Assembly: GCA_019456165.1 (NCBI GenBank)
Contig: VRUJ01000012.1
Span: 115-64,114, forward strand
Origin: Chloroflexota bacterium
Lineage (GTDB): Bacteria > Chloroflexota > Anaerolineae > Anaerolineales > UBA11579
Direction of reading: 5' to 3'
DNA length: 64,000 nucleotides
The notes under the pieces were generated by a model. It saw only the letters and a list, made by a program, of their open reading frames with translations, searched no databases and was not told where the DNA came from. Positions 19,694 to 28,505 of this stretch are shown in pieces; position 1 is the first letter of the stretch; the number at the start of each line of letters is the position of its first letter. A program made the position numbers and the translations under genes.

Positions 19694-19722
19694 TTGAACA
19701 AACAAAACCTCTATACTATAAT
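19694..19722 (+). promoter_or_regulatory. near-consensus promoter TTGAAC-17-TATAAT driving the candidate small RNA
   Basis: The hexamers and 17-nt spacer were counted directly. Confidence 0.45.
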
Positions 19723-19728
19723 AAGAAA

Positions 19729-19940
19729 AGACGCCGGAGTAAGGGTAGTTCTTGCTGTCACATGAGCAGAGTTTTATACTCTATTAGTCTCAAATGACTT
19801 GATCAGCTACAATCGCTAAAAGAGGCGGTTGAGAGTGGTGGCAATGGCTACACTTCCAACAAATTTTTTATTAGACTAGCGGCCAACTAGCCTAAACCTA
19901 ATTATTTGTTTGAACCCCTTAAAGTTGCTCCGGCGTTTTT
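19729..19940 (+). ncRNA. candidate structured small RNA (~210 nt; identity unknown, a 6S-like architecture is possible)
   Basis: It starts about 7 nt after the -10 element. The 5' ACGCCGGAG pairs with the 3' CTCCGGCGT, which is followed by TTTTT. Further end-to-end pairs are TAAGGG/CCCTTA and GTTC/GAAC. An apical hairpin sits around 19826-19858. There is no ORF. Confidence 0.35.
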
Positions 19941-19950
19941 ATATTCCACC

Positions 19951-19979
19951 TTGACCTGCCTATCCCCAAAGACTACAAT
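19951..19979 (+). promoter_or_regulatory. promoter TTGACC-17-TACAAT of the SHMT-GcvT fusion gene
   Basis: The hexamers were read directly, about 40 nt upstream of the ATG. A GAGGAG RBS is present. Confidence 0.45.
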
Positions 19980-20018
19980 TCACCAATCTAAATTATTCAT
20001 GACCGAGGAGAATTTCTC

Positions 20019-23000
20019 ATGGCCGATGCCCTTTTTCGCGGCTCATTAAAGGAATTGGACCCCGCCGTTTTCGAATTGACCCAAATCGAGGCTGAGCGGC
20101 AATACCGCCGCTTGATTTTGATCCCCAGCGAAAGCACTGCCCCCCTAGCCGTGCGTGAAGCTTTAGGCAGCGCATTCCAAAATATTTACGCCGAAGGCTA
20201 CCCGGGGGAAGCTACCCGATGGATGAGTGAGGGAGAAATATTAGATTTTGACGCTCGCTTAGCCCACTATCGCCGCTACTCTGATCCACGCTATTATAAG
20301 GGCACCGAATATGTCAACGCTATCGAAGCACTTGCCAGAAGACGCTGCGCAGAGACTTTCGCGGCCAACGGTATATCTGCGGATGATCTTTATGTCAACG
20401 TCCAGGCTCTATCTGGCGGCCCAGCCAATAACGCGGTTTATCATGCACTGGTAGAACCTGGAGATACCGTAATGGGCATGGACCTTTTGCACGGGGGTCA
20501 TCTCTCCCACGGCTCAAAGGTTAACCGCTCGGGGAAGTATTACGACATCCAGCATTACACTGTAGACCCAGAAACAGAAAAAATAGATTACGAAAGTATC
20601 CAGGAGTTGGCTCTCAAACATAAACCGAAGATGATCATTGGTGGGTTTTCATCTTATCCCTGGGCAGCAGATTGGGCAGCCCTGCGTGCTATCGCAGATT
20701 CGGTAGGTGCGTATCTATTCGCCGATATCGCCCACGTAGCCGGCCTGATAGCTGCAGGAGTTTACCCCTCCCCAGTTGGCTACGCTGATGTGATCACATC
20801 GACAACTCATAAATCCTTATTAGGGCCGCGCGGCGCTATCATCATGACCCATCATAAGCACCTTGCTCGTAAGATTGACCGGGCAGTTTTCCCCGGCGAA
20901 CAAGGTGGCCCTCACGTGAACGTCTTCGCAGGACTTGCTATCACCTTCAAGCTTGCTCAGACAAAACAGTTCCAAAGTTTGCAAAAACAGATTATCAAAA
21001 ATTGTAAGGTATTCACCAACCGTTTGGAAGAACGCGGTTTCCGTATCCCATTCGGCGGCAGCAACACACACCTGATGAATTTGGATGTTAAATCCATCGT
21101 TGGCCCAGATGACACAGCTCTCTCTGGTGATATGGCTGCCAGAATCTTGGATCATGCAGGCATAGTTGTCAACCGCAACACGATCCCTGGTGATAAAGGT
21201 GCACTCAATCCTTCAGGTATACGCATGGGGACTCCCTGGATCACGCAGCGGGGCTTTAAGGAAAAGGCGACCATTCAACTTGCTGATATTATCGCGGATG
21301 TATTAAATGCTTGCACACCATTCCGCAGAAGTTCTAGAAGACGTCCGAAGCAACGCTCTGTGGTGGATTTCAATATTCTTGAAGATGCCAAGTTGCGAGT
21401 GCGCGATCTGGCCGAGGCTGCCGGGATTGATTTCGAACCCACGAACCACGGCTACCCACACTTTTACTACATTGATGATAAATCAACAAATGAAGGTGAG
21501 CGTGTAGCCCTTGATATACGGGGTAAGGAAGTCCGACGATTAATGAACACAGCTCTAAGCAGCGATGTGGAAGCATTATCACCCGATGAGGTACAAGCAT
21601 CCCGCTTACACACACCACAAGGTGAAATTGATTGTACTTTGAGATGTATTTCATCTAATGAATTCCGCATAAGCCTGCCATCAGAACAATTCGGGCTCGC
21701 AGCTGCCTGGCTGCGCGCATTATCAGACGGCTTTATAGCCATTGACGAAGACATCACCCGCAAACCACCCGGACCAGTATCAGTGCGTGTCTCTAATGAA
21801 CAACCCGATGAACACATTGATGTATCCCCGCTAGACAATTCCAAGCCATTTTACATTGGCATTTCTAAAGGATCGGGCAAACCCCTCCCGGCATTTGAAT
21901 GGAAAGATACGAACGATAAGGACCTCAAACACACACCCCTGAATGAAACCCACCGCAAGTTGGGAGCCAAGATGGTGCCGTTTGCTGGATGGGATATGCC
22001 CGTTTGGTATGGATCGGTAATAGAGGAGCACAAAGCTGTGCGTGAGTCCGCCGGCCTTTTCGACGTTTCACACATGGGTGTTTACCAGGCAGAAGGACGG
22101 CAGGCAAGTACATTTCTGGATAGTGTCTGCGGAAACCATATTGGCGGCCTGGGATTAGGCCAATCTGCTTACACCCATTTTCTCGACCCTGAGGCAAACG
22201 TGATTGATGATCTGCTTGTGTACCGCCGGGACAAGGAAAAATATCTACTTGTGGTCAACGCCTCCAATGATGACAAAGATTGGATCTGGCTGAACGGAGT
22301 GAAGGATGGTGTTGTACGCATTGATAGTGCGCATCCTTGGGCAAAAGCCTTTGGCCGCGAGGTGATATTACGCAACCTGCGGGATCCGGCAGTTGGAGAT
22401 GAAATGCGCGTAGATATCGCCCTGCAGGGACCCCACTCGCGGGACATCTTGCTATCCCTAAAGACCAGCAAGGAGACCCAAGATCGCATCATGCAGCTCA
22501 AACGTACAGAATTATGTGAGGCTAAAATCGGGGGTTTCGATCTTGTGGTTTCCCGGACGGGTTACACCGGAGAAAAGATGGCCTTTGAACTTTTCGTTCA
22601 TCCTGAACAGTCAGTGGCATTGTGGAATTCACTGCTCAAAGACGGAGAACCTTTAGGGATAAGACCATGTGGTTTGGGAGCGCGCGACTCATTACGCACT
22701 GAAGCTGGTCTGCCGTTATACGGACAGGAGATGGGCGGTGAATTAAACCTGGGAGTGGCCGAGGCAGGATTCGGCTACTACGTCAAGACGCACAAACCTT
22801 GGTTCATCGGTCGAGATGCCTTTATCAAACGCGAGGCTGAGCGCAAATCCGTAGTGGTCCGATTTCGTTTCAACGAAAAAGGCGTGCGCATGGCACACCT
22901 GGGAGACCCTGTGGTAGATAAACGCGGCCGTGTTATCGGCCAAGTAACCAGCTGCGCGATTGACAGCCAAGGCTTATTAACCGGTCAAGCCTTTATTGAT

Positions 23001-23147
23001 CTCAAGCACGCCAAGAAGGACACCCCGATCTTCATATTCCAGAGTGCATCAGACAAACCTGAAAGAGCTCTCTCAGAACTAAAACTGGGGGAACGAATCT
23101 CAATACCAACTGCGGCTAGTGTTGTCAGCCGGTTTTTGAAAACTTAA
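20019..23147 (+). CDS. fusion protein: serine hydroxymethyltransferase (N-terminal) + degenerate GcvT-like linker domain + aminomethyltransferase GcvT (C-terminal)
   Basis: It is one uninterrupted 1042-codon ORF. Residues 1-440 carry SHMT motifs (LIPSES, GGHLSHG, TSTTHKSLLGPRG with the PLP lysine). Residues ~640-1042 are GcvT (HRKLGAKMVPFAGWDMPVWYG, LFDVSHMG, SRTGYTGE, GLGARDSLRTEAGLPLYG). Confidence 0.85.
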   Translation: MADALFRGSLKELDPAVFELTQIEAERQYRRLILIPSESTAPLAVREALGSAFQNIYAEGYPGEATRWMSEGEILDFDARLAHYRRYSDPRYYKGTEYVNAIEALARRRCAETFAANGISADDLYVNVQALSGGPANNAVYHALVEPGDTVMGMDLLHGGHLSHGSKVNRSGKYYDIQHYTVDPETEKIDYESIQELALKHKPKMIIGGFSSYPWAADWAALRAIADSVGAYLFADIAHVAGLIAAGVYPSPVGYADVITSTTHKSLLGPRGAIIMTHHKHLARKIDRAVFPGEQGGPHVNVFAGLAITFKLAQTKQFQSLQKQIIKNCKVFTNRLEERGFRIPFGGSNTHLMNLDVKSIVGPDDTALSGDMAARILDHAGIVVNRNTIPGDKGALNPSGIRMGTPWITQRGFKEKATIQLADIIADVLNACTPFRRSSRRRPKQRSVVDFNILEDAKLRVRDLAEAAGIDFEPTNHGYPHFYYIDDKSTNEGERVALDIRGKEVRRLMNTALSSDVEALSPDEVQASRLHTPQGEIDCTLRCISSNEFRISLPSEQFGLAAAWLRALSDGFIAIDEDITRKPPGPVSVRVSNEQPDEHIDVSPLDNSKPFYIGISKGSGKPLPAFEWKDTNDKDLKHTPLNETHRKLGAKMVPFAGWDMPVWYGSVIEEHKAVRESAGLFDVSHMGVYQAEGRQASTFLDSVCGNHIGGLGLGQSAYTHFLDPEANVIDDLLVYRRDKEKYLLVVNASNDDKDWIWLNGVKDGVVRIDSAHPWAKAFGREVILRNLRDPAVGDEMRVDIALQGPHSRDILLSLKTSKETQDRIMQLKRTELCEAKIGGFDLVVSRTGYTGEKMAFELFVHPEQSVALWNSLLKDGEPLGIRPCGLGARDSLRTEAGLPLYGQEMGGELNLGVAEAGFGYYVKTHKPWFIGRDAFIKREAERKSVVVRFRFNEKGVRMAHLGDPVVDKRGRVIGQVTSCAIDSQGLLTGQAFIDLKHAKKDTPIFIFQSASDKPERALSELKLGERISIPTAASVVSRFLKT

Positions 23148-23211
23148 GATCTAGTGAGAAGATAATATCTCAAATGTTTTGGGTACAGCTTTATTGCCTA
23201 TTTGGGTAAGA

Positions 23212-23763
23212 TCAGTTTATCTCCAATAATTCTACTTGGAATATTAGCGTGGCATTCGGAGGGATCGAGCCGCTCCCAGATTCGCCATATGCCAGATCCG
23301 GGGGAATAACTAAGATGCGTGTTCCGCCCACTTGCATTCCCTGGAGTCCTTCTTGCCAACCTTCAATTACACCAGGAACTCCTATGGATAGGTCAAATGG
23401 CTGATCTCTAGCTACCGAAGAATCGAACTGGGTTTCATCAGTTAACCAGCCTGTATAATGCACGCTCGCGGAATCACCTACTTCTGAAGTTTCCCCATCT
23501 CCAATAACTAGATCAAAATATTGGAGACCGGAATCTGTTGTAATCAATGATTCTTCGTCATATGTGGGAAATGGAACTGCTCCCACAACTTCTGTTGGTG
23601 TAGGTAGGGGTGTGGGGGTTGGCGCAATCTCTTCTGGTTCTTCCTTCCCCAAATAAGAAATCACAATCAGCGCAAACCCTGCCCCGATCAAAACTCCATA
23701 GATGATTCGCCGTCTGCGTGTCGCAGCTCTTTTTTGGGTGTGTTTTTTATCAAATTTTGGCAT
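23212..23763 (-). CDS. FKBP-type peptidyl-prolyl cis-trans isomerase, membrane-anchored
   Basis: It has an N-terminal TM helix and an FKBP core (VHYTGWLTDETQFDSS, GVIEGWQEGLQGMQVGG, IPPNATLIFQVELL). Confidence 0.85.
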   Translation of the reverse strand: MPKFDKKHTQKRAATRRRRIIYGVLIGAGFALIVISYLGKEEPEEIAPTPTPLPTPTEVVGAVPFPTYDEESLITTDSGLQYFDLVIGDGETSEVGDSASVHYTGWLTDETQFDSSVARDQPFDLSIGVPGVIEGWQEGLQGMQVGGTRILVIPPDLAYGESGSGSIPPNATLIFQVELLEIN

Positions 23764-23813
23764 TTCTACCTCCTGAAGTAATAAATCCTATTGTAATCGA
23801 ATATTCCACACTG

Positions 23814-25532
23814 CTAACCGTGATGCCAGAGTTTAAAATCTCTCAATATCGAGCCGCCCAAGAATTCTCGCAAGAGTGAATTATCGGGAATCCAACTAAC
23901 GTCACATGGCAGAAACCATTCCAATAAAGCCAACAGCCGTTTTACCTCAATATATTCAGGGGAACCATGGGGTACCTGCCGCAAGAGCGGTTCAGCCTGT
24001 GGTTTAAGAGCTGCCAATTCGTAAACCAGGGCAGAATTAAACATCACATCGGTATTCTCTTGGAATGGGAAAATGTAGCGCTTTTCACCGCGCCTGACCG
24101 AGTCCCACCGGCGAATCGTTTCCTGCGGGCTGTAGCCGCGCGCCCGTGCATCCCGAACTATTCGGCGGATTAAACGCGTGTCTGTTGTCGAGACACGATT
24201 ATGCCTGTCCAGGTTGAGCTGAGTAAGCGCAGAAATATATATTCTAAATGTTTGTTCTCTTGGAATTTCTGCCAACAACGCAGGGTTCAAGCCGTGGATT
24301 CCTTCCAGCACGATAATCTGATTCTGCTCCAGATGTACTTCCTCGCCCTCTTTACTCAATCCGGTTTGGAAATCATACTCTGGTAAACGCACACTCTCGC
24401 CTGCAATCAGTTTTCTCAAAGTTTGGTTTAGGCGCTCAATGTCAATTGCTTCGATATGCTCGTAATTAAACTCCCCTTTTTCATCCCGTGGTGTCTTATC
24501 GCGATCAACGAAAAACTTATCTAATTCTAGTGCAAAAGGGGAAAACCCAGATGCGAGCAGCTGCACGGATAGGCGCTTAGAAGCTGTCGTCTTTCCTGAG
24601 GAAGAAGGTCCGGCAATCAAAACCACACGCACTTCCTTGCGTCGTACCCTTATTTGGCTGGCAATATTTACAATACGTTGTTCGTGCAAAGCTTCAGCAA
24701 CCAAAATCACTTCACGTATGCGTTTTTCCAATATCGAGTCGTTTAGCGCTCCAACGCTCTCAATTCCTAATCTTTCCAACCAATCTCCGTAGCGCCGGAA
24801 AGTTGCCAAGAGATTTGGGTAATTACCCAATGGAGAGATCTGTGTAGGAGTACCTCTGCGGGGGAAACGCAGAGTAAAACCATTTTCAGCAACTGCCAAT
24901 TCGAACCAGCGAATATATCCTGATGACGGCACCATGTAGCCGTGGTGGTAATCGCGGCGCCCATCAAAGGTATATAAAACAAGGTAATCTTTTTTTCGAT
25001 GAGCTAACAAACGCACCTTATCGGGCCTGCCATGTTCCTCAAAATAGCTGATCGCCTCTTGTATTGGTACTTCTATGCGTTCGAAAGGATGGTCTGCTTC
25101 TACAAATTCCCGCATTGCAGAATCTAGCTTTTCTAATTCTCTAGCACCCAAAGGCTCGCGGCCCCGCACTTGACAGTAATACCCGCCAGCAGAAACCGAA
25201 TGATCTATGGTCAGAGTTGCGCTTGGGAACAAACTGTGGAAAGCTGCCCTAAGTAGGAAAGTTAGTGAACGACGGTAAATGCGCATGCCATCCTCAGTCC
25301 CCATTGTCACCGGATCAACCAAGGATTCATATTTTATCGGGTAAGTCAGCTCGCGCAGCTCCCCATTGACAATGGCCCCAACGATTTGGGGTATATCTTC
25401 TTGCTCAAGCAGCTTAAGAAAATCTCCCACAGGCGCCCCGCGCGGCCCGGATAGCCCGCGCCCATCGGTTAGATGGATTTCAATACGGTCATCAAAATCT
25501 TCAAAACGGATTTCCTTATCGGTTTCCGCCAT
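23814..25532 (-). CDS. uridine kinase/PRK-family nucleoside kinase with a ThrRS-like (TGS-type) N-terminal extension
   Basis: The P-loop IAGPSSSGKTT is followed by the uridine-kinase pattern (FNYEHIEAID, IIVLEGIHGLNP). About 290 aa of N-terminal region resemble the ThrRS N-terminus. Confidence 0.65.
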   Translation of the reverse strand: MAETDKEIRFEDFDDRIEIHLTDGRGLSGPRGAPVGDFLKLLEQEDIPQIVGAIVNGELRELTYPIKYESLVDPVTMGTEDGMRIYRRSLTFLLRAAFHSLFPSATLTIDHSVSAGGYYCQVRGREPLGARELEKLDSAMREFVEADHPFERIEVPIQEAISYFEEHGRPDKVRLLAHRKKDYLVLYTFDGRRDYHHGYMVPSSGYIRWFELAVAENGFTLRFPRRGTPTQISPLGNYPNLLATFRRYGDWLERLGIESVGALNDSILEKRIREVILVAEALHEQRIVNIASQIRVRRKEVRVVLIAGPSSSGKTTASKRLSVQLLASGFSPFALELDKFFVDRDKTPRDEKGEFNYEHIEAIDIERLNQTLRKLIAGESVRLPEYDFQTGLSKEGEEVHLEQNQIIVLEGIHGLNPALLAEIPREQTFRIYISALTQLNLDRHNRVSTTDTRLIRRIVRDARARGYSPQETIRRWDSVRRGEKRYIFPFQENTDVMFNSALVYELAALKPQAEPLLRQVPHGSPEYIEVKRLLALLEWFLPCDVSWIPDNSLLREFLGGSILRDFKLWHHG

Positions 25533-25691
25533 TGCTTTATTCCATCACTGCCATTTATTAGTTCTAACCCCTGAGTTAGATTGCGAATTTGGATTGGTAT
25601 TTTACCATCAAAGCGATTTACATAGATTTTTCCTAATAAAAAATGTCCTCGGACTCAATTAAATAATCTGATTTGATAACAAATCATCCAA

Positions 25692-25903
25692 AAATCATGA
25701 TAATATTCATTACTTGTGAATTATGGCATAAACACCCTCTAATCAAAATGGGACCCAACCTCCATGTTTGAGATCAATACAACAACCGTTTTTGTCGCCG
25801 CGCTGATCACCGCGCTGGCCACCGGGTTGGGTGCTGTCCCTTTTTTCTTCTTCAAGGAAATCCCCCGCAAATGGTTGGGGGTTTCTAACGCCATAGCCGC
25901 CGG
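25692..25903. repeat. 212-bp direct repeat, copy A (ZIP transporter upstream region + first ~47 codons)
   Basis: Hand alignment to 27657..27868 shows about 90% identity. Similarity ends at ...GCCGCCGG / ...GCAGCCGG. Confidence 0.85.
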
Positions 25904-25967
25904 GCGGATTTCGCCAACCGTGGCTGCGACTTTAGTCGCCAGCCAACTCTGCACCAACCTCATTTAG
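25764..25967 (+). pseudogene. truncated duplicate of the ZIP transporter 5' end
   Basis: MFEINTTTVFVAALITALATGLGAVPFFFFKEIPRKWLGVSNAIAAG is near-identical to the start of 27729..28475. It then diverges and terminates after 20 unrelated codons. Confidence 0.8.
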
Positions 25968-26068
25968 GAGAGTAAATTTACTTGCTAAAACCTGTCGAAG
26001 ATAATACAATCATATTACTTGAAAGAGAAGGTTAATCAACTCCTTTGTAATGCTAACGGTGGAAAATC

Positions 26069-27454
26069 ATGGAACCAAAAAACAAAGCAATTGCTTTAAA
26101 CCCCTTTAATCGCTCAATTACCTATGCACTTATATTTGGAGCTGTTCTTACCTCTGCCTGTGGGCAAGCTGCAGAAACAATTGCAGCAACATCCACTACA
26201 ACTGCCTCCATCGTTCCCGAAAATACGGTAGAGCCAACCCAACCTCCCACAATAGAACCCAGCCCAACGATTGAGCCATATTATTACATAGATACTTTCT
26301 TGGCCGTGGAAACCGATGAGATACCCGAATTTTCAAACGGATGGGAGATAAGGGAAGCTATTATTACGATTTTCTCAGAAGTTGATAGCTCAGATCCTTT
26401 TTACAGAGAAATTCAAGAGGTCGTTTCTGAATTTGCGAGGACATCTAGTTTAGTTTCCGGAGAAGATGGCGTTGATTACTCAACAGCTGTTTTGGAAATT
26501 GAAGGGGGTAATGGAGAAAAGGGGGCAATTGGTTTGGTGGTGGATGTAGAAGGGAATTATTACTTTGCTCTCTCTCAAAACAATGCGCAAGAAGCTGATT
26601 ACATCTCAAGCGAAAACAGGGGCATCTTTTTCTGGCAAGGAGCAGGGGACTACAGGCAAGATGGGAGTGTCAACCTGGGTCTTGCCCTCCCAGATGGGGC
26701 TGTAAGGGCAATTTTCAGCGTCGCAGAAGACCATGGGGTATCTTATATTTCTCCATTCGCAGATGGAACAAAAACCTCCCTTGGCAGCTTAGAAGATTTA
26801 GAAACTCAAGCTGCAGGAATGTTGGCTCCTTTGGTAGAGGCCGAACAGCCCTTGGAAATAATTGAGTTTATGGCTAATGGAGAGATGGTAGAAGGGAGGG
26901 TATTCGAGATTTCAGAATTGTGGGAGGGAGAAATACCTCCAAATTTATATGCAACTGGAACATATCATATATGGGGGGTTCGGGAATCATTTGTTGATGA
27001 TCGTGGATTGCATTATCGAAGTATAGTTTTCGGGTTTTTACGACAATATAGAGTGGTAGAATTTGATCTCCAGGACGGTGGCATAGTAAAACAAATGTTG
27101 TTCGACATGGTCTATGCAAATTACAACGGAGAAGAGACGTTTGTTCGTTTTCGGATCGGTGACATTGACCTCAGATCTGATTGGTACCCTATTGTTAATA
27201 ATCCTCACTTAGGTAGTATGTATACGGTGGTATTCAGTTTTATACCTCCTGAAAGTTCGACGACCTCACTAGATCTTATCAACGGTTCATTAGGACAAGG
27301 CCCTTGCACAACTTTTGAGCGGTGTGCCTTAGATTATGGTGGGGTTGGGGATATCAAATTATCCATCGACGAACTCATAAATATATTGGACAGAGGAGAA
27401 GGAGAGTTTGTTGATTTATCTAACTCTACCGTTTTATCAAATGTTGATAATTAA
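26069..27454 (+). CDS. hypothetical lipoprotein
   Basis: The 461-aa ORF has a signal peptide with an LTSACGQ lipobox. I recognise no family. Confidence 0.55.
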   Translation: MEPKNKAIALNPFNRSITYALIFGAVLTSACGQAAETIAATSTTTASIVPENTVEPTQPPTIEPSPTIEPYYYIDTFLAVETDEIPEFSNGWEIREAIITIFSEVDSSDPFYREIQEVVSEFARTSSLVSGEDGVDYSTAVLEIEGGNGEKGAIGLVVDVEGNYYFALSQNNAQEADYISSENRGIFFWQGAGDYRQDGSVNLGLALPDGAVRAIFSVAEDHGVSYISPFADGTKTSLGSLEDLETQAAGMLAPLVEAEQPLEIIEFMANGEMVEGRVFEISELWEGEIPPNLYATGTYHIWGVRESFVDDRGLHYRSIVFGFLRQYRVVEFDLQDGGIVKQMLFDMVYANYNGEETFVRFRIGDIDLRSDWYPIVNNPHLGSMYTVVFSFIPPESSTTSLDLINGSLGQGPCTTFERCALDYGGVGDIKLSIDELINILDRGEGEFVDLSNSTVLSNVDN

Positions 27455-27656
27455 ACCTAATAAGTTATAAGTTAGGTAAAGCTCAAGCCAAAAGATTAAA
27501 TATCTTCAGTTTCCTCGCATTTTGATCACACTAGTCTCTTGTGTGCAATATATTCATGTGGGGTCTCTAAAGAAAACTTTTGTAAATATATTCTAGTATC
27601 CATTTCTAGCCGATTCCTTTTCTCACAATATCCATTATTCTGTTTCACGCATCCCC

Positions 27657-27868
27657 AAATCATGATAATATTCTGTAATTGTGAATTATGGGATAAACAC
27701 CCTCTAATTAATATGTCAACAGACCTCCATGTTTGAGATCAATACAACAATCGTATTTATTGCCGCGCTGATCACCGCGCTGGCCACTGGGTTGGGTGCT
27801 GTCCCTTTTTTCTTCTTCAAGGAAATCCCCCGCAAATGGTTGGGGGTTTCAAACGCCATCGCAGCCGG
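27657..27868. repeat. 212-bp direct repeat, copy B (part of the intact ZIP gene and its upstream region)
   Basis: It pairs with 25692..25903. Confidence 0.85.
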
Positions 27869-28475
27869 ACTGATGCTGGGCGCAAGCCAGGGGTTGATCA
27901 TTGAAGGCTTTGCTTATAATTCATTAACATTGATCTTTGGCCTGATCATCGGTGTGATTTTCATAGCTTCCACACACGACTATTTACACAAACGCGAAGA
28001 CCTGAGTGTTTCAGCCTGGCCAAGTGCGGATGCCAGGAAAGCATTCATCATAATTGGTGTAATGACCCTGCATTCTATTTCAGAAGGGGTAGGCGTGGGA
28101 GTTGCTTTTGGCGGTCGGGAAGGTTTGGGAGAGTTGATCGCCACCGCCATTGCGGTGCATAATATTCCCGAGGGGCTGGCCATCTGCCTGGTAATGGTGC
28201 CGCGCGGCAGCTCCGTTTGGCGGGCAGGATTATGGAGCGTATTTTCAAGTTTACCCCAACCCCTCATGGCTGTCCCAGCTTTCCTCTTTGTGGCAAGCTT
28301 CAAAGGGATCCTCCCGGTTGGGTTGGGTTTTGCAGCCGGCGCGATGATCTGGATGGTGTTCGCCGAACTTATCCCGGATGCCAATGAAGATGCATCAAGT
28401 AATATTGTAGGTACTGTGATAGTATTTTCATTGACTGCGATGCTGCTCTTCCAAGAGTTGCTCTCGCGCCTCTGA
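27729..28475 (+). CDS. ZIP family (ZupT-like) divalent metal transporter
   Basis: It is a multi-TM protein with the ZIP signature HSISEGVGVG....IAVHNIPEGLA. Confidence 0.8.
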   Translation: MFEINTTIVFIAALITALATGLGAVPFFFFKEIPRKWLGVSNAIAAGLMLGASQGLIIEGFAYNSLTLIFGLIIGVIFIASTHDYLHKREDLSVSAWPSADARKAFIIIGVMTLHSISEGVGVGVAFGGREGLGELIATAIAVHNIPEGLAICLVMVPRGSSVWRAGLWSVFSSLPQPLMAVPAFLFVASFKGILPVGLGFAAGAMIWMVFAELIPDANEDASSNIVGTVIVFSLTAMLLFQELLSRL

Positions 28476-28505
28476 ACTATCCAAAATTATTATTAGGAGT
28501 TTGGC

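Noticed and set aside
19940-20018. I looked for a glycine, THF or ZTP riboswitch in the leader of the SHMT-GcvT gene.
   Set aside because: The leader is only about 40 nt after the predicted -10 element. It contains none of the conserved cores, for example no ACCGAAGGGGCAA.
21307-22501. A cluster of 60-125-aa ORFs lies on both strands inside the 1042-codon gene. I checked whether the fusion is really two genes or a frameshift artefact.
   Set aside because: The plus-strand frame is open without interruption from 20019 to 23147, and family-like sequence is present throughout. The internal ORFs lack RBSs and have shadow-like composition.
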